DNA of 64,000 nt, taken from the NCBI RefSeq assembly GCF_022539665.2, contig NC_081331.1:10602001-10666000 (forward strand), read 5' to 3'. The position numbers and the translations under genes are program-made. Each line of letters begins with the position of its first letter. Within the stretch, counting starts at the first letter, position 1. Source of the DNA: Daphnia carinata. Its lineage: Eukaryota. The notes under the pieces are model-generated. The model saw nothing but the letters and a program-made list of their open reading frames with translations. It had not been told where the DNA came from and did not search any database. Shown piece after piece: positions 53,701 to 64,000 of the stretch.

Positions 53701-55488
53701 AAGGGTTCAGCAAGAGAATGAGGGGAAGTGTTTCTAGTCCTTTTAGAAAGCAAAACAAAACACGGAACTTTGCAGATAAAGAAATCAAAAAAAGGATAAA
53801 TGGAAAAATGTAGTTTTCTTCTGAAAAAGGAAAGGCACCCTACGACCACGTAATGCAAACAACAAAGACTTCATGTAAAATAGGAATAAATAATTCATGG
53901 AGCACGAAGAAAAACAAAACAAAAAAAAAGAAAGGAAGTTAAGCTATATGCGGTCGTGGCCAAATAAATACAAAAAAAAAAAAAAAAGAGCACAAAAGCG
54001 ATTTGTTTTTATTTTGGCTCGTTTTCCTTTGGAAATCCATTTAAAAAATGGATTCCAAGAAAAGCTGATGCCAAAGCGTTTTTGGTTCAAGGTGTGTTCT
54101 CTTTTTACGTGTGCGTGTTCGTAGGTGTTTGCGGATGTTCTATCGAAACGATATCCGACAGCCAGAAATAAAAAAAAAAAAAGGTTAAGAGGCAGAAAGG
54201 GAATTGTAAGCGTATGACAGACACACGGATATAAAAAGATGAAAGGATCTTCTTCTTTTTCAAGCGTTACAGATAAAGATATATTAAACAGGTAGAGAGC
54301 GAGGAAGGGCGACGATGTCAAAAACGAATTCACTTAAAAATGAAAAAGGTCCTATAAAATTTCAGCAGCACGGCCAACAGATAAAGAAGGACAGAAGGCA
54401 GAGCTAATAAACAGGTGATTCGTGTTATTATATGGAAGCGTTTTGAAATTGAAAAATTAAAGAGAAAATCCGAATGAGAAAGAAATATCCTCCCCTCGTT
54501 CACACAAGTGTAAACCGGGGAGCTTTGCTTTTGTGTGTGTGTCTGCGTACTTTTGTGGCCGTCTAAGATAAACTTAAAAACCCAATCCAACTGGCGAAAA
54601 AATAGTGATAATTTTAAGAGAAATAAAATAAAATAAAATAAAAGGTGTCTGGAATGTGAAAGGTTCATCTGGGAAATCGGGGAAGGGCAACAGGTGTGGA
54701 CGGAATAGGTGGGGCGGGGGAATGTGAGCAAGTAAAAAATGTCAAAGAGGCGCAAGTACGAAGGTCAATAACGAAAACTCATGCACAGATCAAAGAAGCC
54801 ATTATTATTAATGAAAATATCTGCCAATACATGTACAACACAGCGCCGAATAGCCATTGGGAAGAAAAAAAAATTAAAAAAAAAATAAAGGACAACTGGG
54901 TGTATAACATGGGGGAAAGGGGGACGGGCGAGAGGAAAGAAAAATAAATTGGTATTTAATTTTCATTTTTTTTTTTTTCCTACCTAAATAAAGTGTGTGT
55001 CGCATATGTTGTGTAAGTGCGTTGGCGGAAAAAAAATGGTGTACGGTTGAAATGCCCGATAAAAATGCCAGGCCCCGCCCATGTCCGCAATTAAATTTCG
55101 AATTTTTAATGAATTATTCAACGACCAATAAAAACTGATTTTTTTTTTTAACTTTTCTTTTTCTTTTTAAATCGATCAACGACGTATACGAGAACACTTT
55201 AAAAAACATGGTTCTTCTTTTTGGTTCCAATTTTTGACCTTTCGCGAACCCCCGCAGCCAGATAGACAAACAAACAAAAAATGTTCAATTCACGACTGGT
55301 CAAACGAAAAAAATATTTAAACGAATATTTTTAAATCTCGTAAAACGCCTCTTGTTTGATTGGCACTAAATAATCAACACTTGGGTAATTTTCTTTTTCT
55401 ACAAAAAAAAAAAATAAAAAATAATAAAAGTGGAACATAAATGTAAAGGTTATCGAACTGATCTGCGTGTTTCTATGGTTTTAACTTT

Positions 55489-55527
<39 letters not shown>

Positions 55528-55771
55528 GGAATGCGTGTTAATAATTCAGCTGGATGCATGATTATTGGATGAAGGAAAAATAAACAATCACCGATCACCG
55601 GACAGAGAGATGAGAAGACTTAAAATAAGAAAAAAAAAAAAATAAAATAAAAAAAAATGAGGGAAAAAAAGAGCAGCGGGAGACAAGGATAAGTGACGGT
55701 ATTTTTTGAAAAATACCCCCCTTCTCAGCATAAAAAAAATAAACGATAAAAAAAAGGGGAAATTTCTTTAA

Positions 55772-55805
<34 letters not shown>

Positions 55806-58800
55806 TATGAAGAAAAAATGTTGGGAAAATCATTTTTTTGTTTCTTCTAAATTGCACTCAAGGAAAAAAGCTTTAAATTTCTATTTGTTTTGCGTGTCAC
55901 CGAGTCCGAGAAAACTGAATAAATCAACGGAGGAAAAAGAGCGGGGCGATTCAAGAGGAGGGGGAAACCGGAAATGCAAATGAGGGCAGGGCAAACGTCC
56001 AAATAACAAGAGCAAAAAATGTCATGCACTTTCTCGCGGCATCTACTAAATATATAAATATATACTTGGTAAGTGAACGAACAACGCCACAATAATTTCT
56101 AGCACAGCTTCCATGAATTACGCACTCGCCATTAGCAAATCAACAACGTTCCGTCTGTGTGTGTGTGTGTGTGTGTACGTGTTAGTCCGTGTTATCCGTT
56201 GTCAAACTATTAGGGATCTACTTCATTTTCTCTTCTTCTTCCACATTTGGATACGAAAGTTTATTTTTTTTTTATTATTTAAAGGGTGGCGTAATCAAAA
56301 ATCAACTATTGAACTAACCGGATTTTTGTTTTCTACGATCAAGAAAGTGAACCTTCCCGTTGCCAGCCAAAAATGAAAATTGCTTAACACCCTTCGTTTC
56401 GCTGGGGGGAAATTTCAAAAGTTTACGACAAGTGACTGGATAATACAATCAAAAGTATTTAAGCTAGAAAAAAAAAAGCTCTCGGGGAGAAGAAGAATAA
56501 AAGAGAGGGAAATCATCTGATGGCTGTAGCACTAAAATATTTTAAAAGACCATGTAACAAACGTGAAGCAAACAAAAATTATAATTGCGCATTGTCTTCG
56601 GGTAAATGCTTTATAAAAAAAAAAAAAACGTTTTTTTTCAAATTTCTTTTAAAAACTCTCAGTGGATTGAAAAAATGTCGGTAAGAATGCGAAAAGAAAC
56701 TGGGCAAAAACTATCGAAACGCACTGTGTGTTGTTGTTGTGTTGTAATCATGTGTGTGTGTGTGTATGTGTAGTGAGTCAAATAGCAACTGCAGCAAGAG
56801 GTTGTTTGACCAAATAAAGGAACAGAGTGAAAGGAAGGAAAGGAATTAATAAGGAAAAGGAAAAAATTCTTTTTTGGATTTGCCGATTTGTGTTTTGGTA
56901 TTCCTCCTCTCCCCTCCCCCAAAGAAAATGAAATGTCATAACGAAGAGGAATATCTTCCATTTCTTAGGCGGGGAGGGATAGGTTGGATTGTCATAAAAG
57001 ATGGCGTGTTTTTTTGTGTGGAAAGATCGGGAAAGGCAGGTTTTTTTTTTTTCCGTTATAATAATAAAAGAAAAAGGTTGTGGGAATATTTTTTCAGGGG
57101 TAAAAAAAAAAAAAAAAAGATGAGGGGATAAAAAAAAATATGGAAAGATGAGAAAAAAAGCGAAATAGACCAGCACGTCCCAACCACATACAGCTCTCCA
57201 TTTTCAAAAAAAAAAAAAGATTTTTTCTCTTCTTCTTCTTCTTTTCCGACATTCCCTGCCCTTATATTATAAATATACTGTTTAATAAAAAAAAACAAAA
57301 AAAACAAAAAAAAAAATATGAAAATATTTCTTTCGAAAAAAAAAAAGGAGGGAGGAATGTCTGTATGAATCTTTGGCTTATTCCAACACAATTTTTTGGG
57401 TTCTCATCGTTCAGGTGAGGGAGGGGTACGCGGCTAATTCAAGGTATCAATTTCAGCCAGGTGAACGTGATATGATGAAGGAAGTATACATGGCGTCACG
57501 AGCGAAAATTGAAACCGGCACTTTTCGGTGTGTGTGTGTGTGTATGTGTGTGTGAACAATCTGCTAGCAACTAACGTCAAGAATGGCCAACATACGAAAG
57601 GGGGCATCGCGTATAAGAATCAAAAATTATTACACTACACTATCTACGTGTGGTGTAATAGAAGACGCATTTGAATTCAAAATTTTACTACGGTCGAATA
57701 CGAACAGAAACATGTTTGCTTGATTGAAATTTTTGTTTTGGAAATGGCCCACCTTTTTTCTTTTTAGTTTTGCGCGCGCACGACTAGGATTGTCCTATAT
57801 ATATATAGATATTTTCTTTTTTTTTTTTTTTTTCTTTCCTTGGTTGTGCTCCTCGCAACTGTAATCTTTTCGTCGCTTTCCAAACTCTTTAAAGACGATT
57901 GAACTCGAGCCAAGAAAATTGAAAAGAAGAAATTGAAAACGGACGAAAGGAGCGAGGCAAAAGTGATAAGACATAGAGAAAACGAACGATTATTCACCTG
58001 GGTTCTAGTTTCTAAAATAAGAATCGACAATTCGAAAAAGAAATTGAAATAAAACAAAAACTTGAAAACGACCTACTCGACTTTACGAACTCAAAATGAA
58101 AACTGGATATGGCCCCTGTTTGTCGCATTGTTTTTTTTGTGTTTTTTTTTTTTGCCAAAAACGAATTTGCATAACATTATCTCTCTCTCTTTTTTTTTTA
58201 ATTCTCAAAAAAAAAAAAAAAAAAATTCTAATTTTTAAATGGTCCGCATTTTTTTGTACGGTTGAAGGCCGGCATTCGCCATGGCGGCCGCGGCGGCGGC
58301 CGCTGCAGCTGCAGCCGCCGGATTGCCGACAACGCCGGGCATGACGCCACCGGCGCGTCCCAAAGCGGCCGCCTGACCAGTCAACGACTGAATGTACTGC
58401 GACTGGTGCATTTGCGTCTGTTGTTGTTGTTGTTGTTGCTGACTCGGCGGCTGATTGAAATGAGCTAAACTACCAAAGTGACCGCCCAGCTGTTGGGCGG
58501 CGGCCGCGTACATACCCAGAGCGCTGCTCGCTGCCTGATTGGCCTGATGGGAGGAATTGGACGCGTTGGCTCCGACAACAACGGGCCCAGAGCCGGCCAA
58601 ATGATGGCCACCCGACAGCTGATGGTAGCCACCAGCCGCAGCGGCGGCGGCCATCAGCCCCGGATTTTGCTGCATCAACTGCTGGAGGGCTGCCAACTGT
58701 TGCTGGGCCTGAATCTGCTGAGCTGCCGCGGCAGCGGCCACCGCTTGAGCCTGAGGCAATTGGCCGGCATTCATGCCCTGATGATGGCCGAGTTGGCTTC

Positions 58801-60907
58801 CTCCTCCTCCCGCTAGCCCGTGATGGTGCGACAGAGCCAGCCCCAAGGCGGCGTGTCCGCTATTCAGCAAATGGCTTGCGCTTCCGGCGGCCGTTGCGAA
58901 CGGATTGACGCCGTATTGCGCATTGGCAAAGGCCGACGGAGTGACCTGTTGCTGGACCTGCGCCTGTGCCAGACTATAGTACGGATTCAGATAGTGTTGG
59001 TACTGCTGTTGCATCGCCTGAGCCAAACTCGTCTGGATCTGATGCGAAAACGAGGCCGAACCGGAAGCCATTGAGGCAGCGCTAACGGCGGCGAGCTGTT
59101 GCGATTGTTGTTGTTGTTGTTGTTGCTGCTGCTGCTGCTGAGCCAGCTGCTGCTGCTTATTCAACGAGACGCCAGTGTAGGCCAAAGCCGTTTGCGGCTG
59201 TAACGCAGAGTAATGCAAAGCGGCTGCCGCTGCCGCCGCAGCTGCCGCCGCCCCGACCGACCCGGACGAGGACGAAGGCGGGAAGGAAAGGAGGCCGGGC
59301 GAATTGCGCGAGAATTGCGACACTACAGACGAGGACATTGGGTGCGGTTGGCTGGACGTGCAATTGGGCGAACGCGGACGTTTGATACCGGCGCCAATCG
59401 AACTGGTCAGCGTGGTGAGGGCGACCGACGAGCATATCGTCGGTGGGGCCGATGCTGCCGCCGCCCCAACGGCCAATGGGAAATGATTGCTAATGCTACT
59501 ACTACCATGACTGTTACTAATCGTGCTCGTACTAACATGACTACTATTATTATTATTAATGCAGCCGCTGCTAAGGCTGTTGTTGTTGCTGCTGTTGCTG
59601 TTGCTGTTGTTACTCATGCACAACGACGAGCTGGCGGCCAAGCCGAAATGGTTGTCCTCTTGTTCGGCCGCGGCCGCAGCCGCCAGGGCTTCCATTTCGG
59701 CCGCCGCTCGCTCGCACTCTTCTGCCCGTTTGGCGTTGGAGAAATTGGTCAGAGCGGCCAAAGTGGCCGCTTCGTAAGCAGCCGCATTGCCGTTGGTCAA
59801 GGCTAAGCTCAAACCGGTGGGCGGCTGGAGGAGGCCGCCGCCGCCACCGGTCGGCAATTTATTGTTGCCGCCGATACCACCACCACCACCAGCTGACGAT
59901 GACATTGCGGGTAAAATTGGATTGAAGGAGGAGGAAGAAGAAGAAGAAGCACTGGAAGCGATTGGGTTGAGTAACAGGGAGCTGTTGGTTGTGGTTGTGG
60001 TGGCAGTCAAACAAGAAGAAATGGAAGAAGAAGAAGAAGAGGAGGAAGAAGAAGAACTAGGATTGGTTGCGATAAGGAGACCTCCGGAGGAGGTGCAGGA
60101 AGGGGCAACTGAGGACGGGGTAGTGACAATTGCCGCCGCTGCTGCCGCCACCGTGGCTACCAAACCAGAAGCAGCCGGAGCAAGCGGAGCGGCAGTGGTA
60201 GCGCAAGTAGTAGTAGTAGTAGTAGTAGTGGCAGTAGTAGTGGTAGTAGCTGCTAGATTGTTGATTGTGACAGCTTGATTGCTAGTTGTGGAGGGGTTGG
60301 TGGAGGAGGAGGTGGAGGAGGAGGAGGTGACCAGAGTGTTGTACTCACATGAGACGGGAACGCCGTAAGGCTGCTGCTGCAACTGCATCAAGGCCTGCGC
60401 TTGATAGGCCGCCGCTGCTGTCATCGCCGCGTGCGACGCGTTGGCCGCGCTCTGCTGATGTTGCTGGTAGACAGCCGCCATGTTCGCTGAAGTCTTGTCG
60501 CCAGCCGACCGCTTGTATGGCATCATTCCCGGATAAGCCTGTCGCACACATTCATTCATTTCAAACAAATCAATTAGTTATTATTATTATTATTTTTAAA
60601 CTAGCAAAAACATTTAATAAAACAAAGTTGAAAAACGAGCAAAAAAAAAAAAAATTGGATACGAATTCAAAATCAAAATGAAAATAGATGAGAGGAAAAA
60701 ACATTAGAGGCTAATGATATCAAAGGAGGGGGGAAGGTAGGGACGTATTAAAAAAAAAATCTAATCAACGGAAAGGATGCATGTGACAGTTGAGTGCGGG
60801 TATAATCCAATCGACCCTAACCTCCCCCTTTTATACGGTACAAAAATAAAAAATAAATGAAATACATTCAACTATTATTACGAAAGGGGGAACGTAGAGG
60901 AACTGGA

Positions 60908-60951
<44 letters not shown>

Positions 60952-62123
60952 GTGTAATAAAATACTTGCCGGAAAATAGAACGTAGTGTTGCTGCTGGGC
61001 AGCTGGTTGAGTTCGTTCTGTATAGCACCCAAAACACCAAGCATCCCCCCCAACAAAAAAAAAACAAAAAAAACAAGACACACCAAAGAGAAAGAGAGAT
61101 CGAGAAAAATAAAATAGAGAGGGAAATATACACACACACAAAATTATAGACATTATAACTCAGTAAATTATTTAGGTTTTATTTACTTAAATAAAAAAAA
61201 AGGACATTTCTTTTTTCGTTCCAAACTCCCCCTAACCTGACTTGATAATAATAATAACAATAAAAAAAGAAAAAGGCTGGTAAGCAAAGTAAATAAGAAG
61301 GATCGCATCAGTAAAAAAGGGAGACAAGGATCTGATCTTTTTGTTTTGCTTTATCCTTTTCCAATCCCTTTAAAAAGACGGAGCCGCGTCGCGAATAGGA
61401 AGGCCCTAAAGGGAATTTTATAGGGGACGTCTATAAACAAGTCACACGTACACTCCACGGGGTTTGGGGATGAAAGGGAACGCCGAAGAAAAAAAAAAAA
61501 TTTATATACATATAAGGCTGATCCAATCGCATCAAAGAGAGTCGGCTGTCTGCGTTCCTGTGACGGATGGAGATTCCTTGATCTCCAAAGAGATCGGAAG
61601 CGCAAATGAAATGAAAACGGATCAAGAGAATAGACGACGACAGGAATACACACTGGCCTTTAAAAAAAAAAAAAAAAAAAACGGACGGACTTTATTTCCC
61701 CCCCCTCCTGTTCCATCGATCCATCGGGTTATAATAAAAGGAAAATAAAAGACAACAACCGCTCATTGACGGATCCACCCTAAAAAAAAACAAGTCACCG
61801 AATCTTGCGCAATCTTAGTTGGATTTGAAAGCGAATGTTACAGTCGGCTAGACACGAGGCGATAAAAAAAGAGCCGGATGGAAAAAAAAGAAACGTAATA
61901 AAACATTTCCTGTTTATACGAAAAATCCGCTCAAATGGATGGCAACGGAAGGGCAAGATACCGTAAGAATATGTTCTTCATCGACCGCGTCTCGTTGTCT
62001 CTTGGCCATGCGCAGGGCGGTAGTTGCGGCCGCGTTCATTATGTTGCCATTATCCATCGTTAAATTCATCGGAAGCAGTTGCAACTGTTGTTGATCGAGT
62101 CCAGATGTCGAAGGGTTGTTGTT
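50738..62123 (-). CDS. mbl: Muscleblind, 3' part (5' exons lie beyond the window); exons 62123-61962, 61017-60970, 60538-60349, 52464-52418, 51068-50984, 50880-50738
   Basis: PGMMPYKRSAGDK motif, NYTDEQGQ|LLDTLPVCRDFKYGECKRAACKYIHL and VTVCRDAVSGKCLRNSCKFYHLP (tandem CCCH fingers). The alternative frame FTGHPPGMPRF* matches the known insect Mbl short C-terminus. Exon phases are consistent. Confidence 0.88.
55494..55526. repeat. (TG)n microsatellite in an mbl intron
   Basis: Directly visible dinucleotide run. Confidence 0.9.
58235..60538 (-). CDS. mbl: Muscleblind alternative terminal exon (read-through of the donor at 60348) encoding a long Ala/Gln/Ser/Thr low-complexity tail ending PYKKMRTI*
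   Basis: A 2.3-kb GC-rich stop-free frame continues the PYKRSAGDK exon through GTGAGT (PVSC-EY...). Confidence 0.75.
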   Translation of the reverse strand, partial: AYPGMMPYKRSAGDKTSANMAAVYQQHQQSAANASHAAMTAAAAYQAQALMQLQQQPYGVPVSCEYNTLVTSSSSTSSSTNPSTTSNQAVTINNLAATTTTTATTTTTTTTCATTAAPLAPAASGLVATVAAAAAAIVTTPSSVAPSCTSSGGLLIATNPSSSSSSSSSSSSISSCLTATTTTTNSSLLLNPIASSASSSSSSSFNPILPAMSSSAGGGGGIGGNNKLPTGGGGGLLQPPTGLSLALTNGNAAAYEAATLAALTNFSNAKRAEECERAAAEMEALAAAAAAEQEDNHFGLAASSSLCMSNNSNSNSSNNNSLSSGCINNNNSSHVSTSTISNSHGSSSISNHFPLAVGAAAASAPPTICSSVALTTLTSSIGAGIKRPRSPNCTSSQPHPMSSSVVSQFSRNSPGLLSFPPSSSSGSVGAAAAAAAAAAALHYSALQPQTALAYTGVSLNKQQQLAQQQQQQQQQQQQSQQLAAVSAASMASGSASFSHQIQTSLAQAMQQQYQHYLNPYYSLAQAQVQQQVTPSAFANAQYGVNPFATAAGSASHLLNSGHAALGLALSHHHGLAGGGGSQLGHHQGMNAGQLPQAQAVAAAAAAQQIQAQQQLAALQQLMQQNPGLMAAAAAAGGYHQLSGGHHLAGSGPVVVGANASNSSHQANQAASSALGMYAAAAQQLGGHFGSLAHFNQPPSQQQQQQQQTQMHQSQYIQSLTGQAAALGRAGGVMPGVVGNPAAAAAAAAAAAAMANAGLQPYKKMRTI
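60911..60945. repeat. (CA)n microsatellite, i.e. (UG)n on the mbl pre-mRNA just downstream of the 48-nt GC-donor exon
   Basis: Directly visible dinucleotide run. Confidence 0.9.
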
Positions 62124-64000
62124 CTGACATACGTCCATCTTTGTTTCCCATTTGTTTTCATTCAATTGAATTTTTTTTATCGTTTTTATTAACATATGCA
62201 AATTTGGCTTTTACTACGCAAAAAAAGCTGCTGGACACAAAAGCAACGTCGAATGACGCTGGAAGTTTAAAAAAAAAAAAAAATACTAAAAACGAGCGGT
62301 ATACAATCCCCCCCCCCCTTTTGTTGTGTCTACTGTGCGATTTTTTTTCTTTTTCATCTCGTCATTTTCGTGTGGTAGACGCTTTTTTTTTTCTCTTGTA
62401 CTACATCAAAGCGGGAGAGTCTATGTAAGCTGACGTGTTGCTTTAACAATGGTAGCAGCCCGGTACATAAGATCAAACAGAAACAAATACGAGGCTATTC
62501 ACGAACTAGAAAGGAAAACAAAAAAAAAAAAAAAAACAGCTGAAAGAATGGAGTGAAAATTCAAAAAATGTAAAGGTTGACGCCCAATCAAACAACTCCC
62601 GTTCGTTCAAGTGAAAGACTTTTGAGGGAAATGTTTTTATTAAAAAAAAAGGGTCAAAAACTATCTGTTTTTTGTGTGTGTTTAATTTTTTCAAACCGAA
62701 GAAAGAGATGTCGACGTCATAGAGTCCCTGTTACAACTGCGTTACAGATTGGATTAGGGCCGATCTAACACAGAGTGTGCAATCACCGTATCGCAGCACA
62801 ACTCGATCCACTTTGCGACGAACAAGGGAGAAAGAAACGAGGGGGCAAACGAGGCGAACATATGAAACGCATCGACCAACTAGTGCGGAAATAATCTTCT
62901 ATTTAGTATGTAATCGATCGATGCCCAGCGACATCTTTCCTTCCCTCCCTGACACACACACACACACACGGACGTCACATGTGTAATCTTCTTTACCCCC
63001 CTCTTCCTTGTCACTACCACTACATTCAACGGCTTACGCCTTGTTCCACCAGTGTGTGTGTGTGTGTGTGTGTTAATAACGTACACTTGACAAAAATGGT
63101 CTGTCCCCCCCTCTCTCTCTCATCATTGGATTGCACTTAACGGTAAGTAGCAGTACTACTAGTCATAACAATAATGGCAGCCATTTTTGTTTCCCTATTT
63201 CCCAAAAAAGAAAGAAAAACTTGGCCAGTTCTAACACAAGTTCTTTTCCTAGACGATGTAATCATCATTTATCCAAGTCCTAATAAGAGGAGCGTTCAAA
63301 ACCGTTACGGAAGGAGAGGGGGGGGGGAGTAGCAGACGAGGGCGGAGTTGAAAGAAACCAAAGTTGCCGAGCCTTGAAATGAAATTCACGGGGGCTGCCG
63401 ACGAAAAGGAAACAACTCAAGTGCTGCGTGTGAGCAGAGACGATCCCTATCTCTTTTCTCTCTCTCCCCCTCCCCCCCCACTGGAAAATGGGATAGAAGA
63501 AACGCCCACCCCCTGGCGATGGTATGTGCATCATGGGCGCGACGCGCTCACGTCACTGCGCAAGCCGCGTCGTTTCACGAACAACAACGGGCAATCATTT
63601 CTTTTTTTTTTTTAAATTCCCCCCCCCCCTTTTAAAAACAGCTGCTTCTCTTTTTTATATTCTTTAAAAGCACGTTTGGGCCGATGACTCGTCTACGCGT
63701 TTTGGTTGGTCGTGTAATTTATGCAAGATTCGTAATCAAAATGAATATCGCTTTGATTTGGCTTTGTTTTTTTTGGCGAATTCGATCCTGTTATCTCATT
63801 CCAAACGGCCACACCTTTCTCCGATTTCTCGATAGCTACGAGCAGAGAAAAAAGAAATGGTGCTCAGAGGTGCCCCTCATTTGCATACCAGGAGAAAAAA
63901 AAAAGAACGCTGCTGGGCATAGACAACAACTCGACAAAATGAACCGCAAATCAGCTCAATCGTTTGTCTTTTTTTTTCTTCTTTTTTTCTTTCTGGGTAA

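Overview
Eukaryotic, intron-rich but compact arthropod genomic DNA. Introns of about 60-70 nt, long A/T homopolymers and the gene content are consistent with a Daphnia-like crustacean (inference). Genes supported by manual splicing: a secreted Gly/Tyr-rich protein (-, partial), eIF5A (+), CapZ-beta (-), aPKC (+), Ski/Sno (+), Ack kinase (-), a two-pore K+ channel (-), V-ATPase subunit e (+), calpain-7 (-) and the 3' half of muscleblind (-). The most unusual part is an accessory block at about 29.7-38.1 kb between Ack and the K+ channel. It holds a 4.9-kb palindrome with two 2149-bp near-identical arms, each carrying a spliced coiled-coil cargo gene and a ~380-bp chain of hairpins. The 634-bp spacer contains three divergently oriented tRNA-like (D-arm/T-arm, A/B-box) modules. 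To the right lie a third hairpin-chain copy, a second multi-exon non-coding unit and foldback-type modular repeats. Splicing observations: a mutually exclusive exon pair in the first gene, and in muscleblind a dual-frame exon switched by a 47-nt microexon, a candidate 49-nt exon, a candidate recursive splice site, a GC-AG microexon and a long intron read-through ORF. All coordinates were derived by eye and no database search was run.
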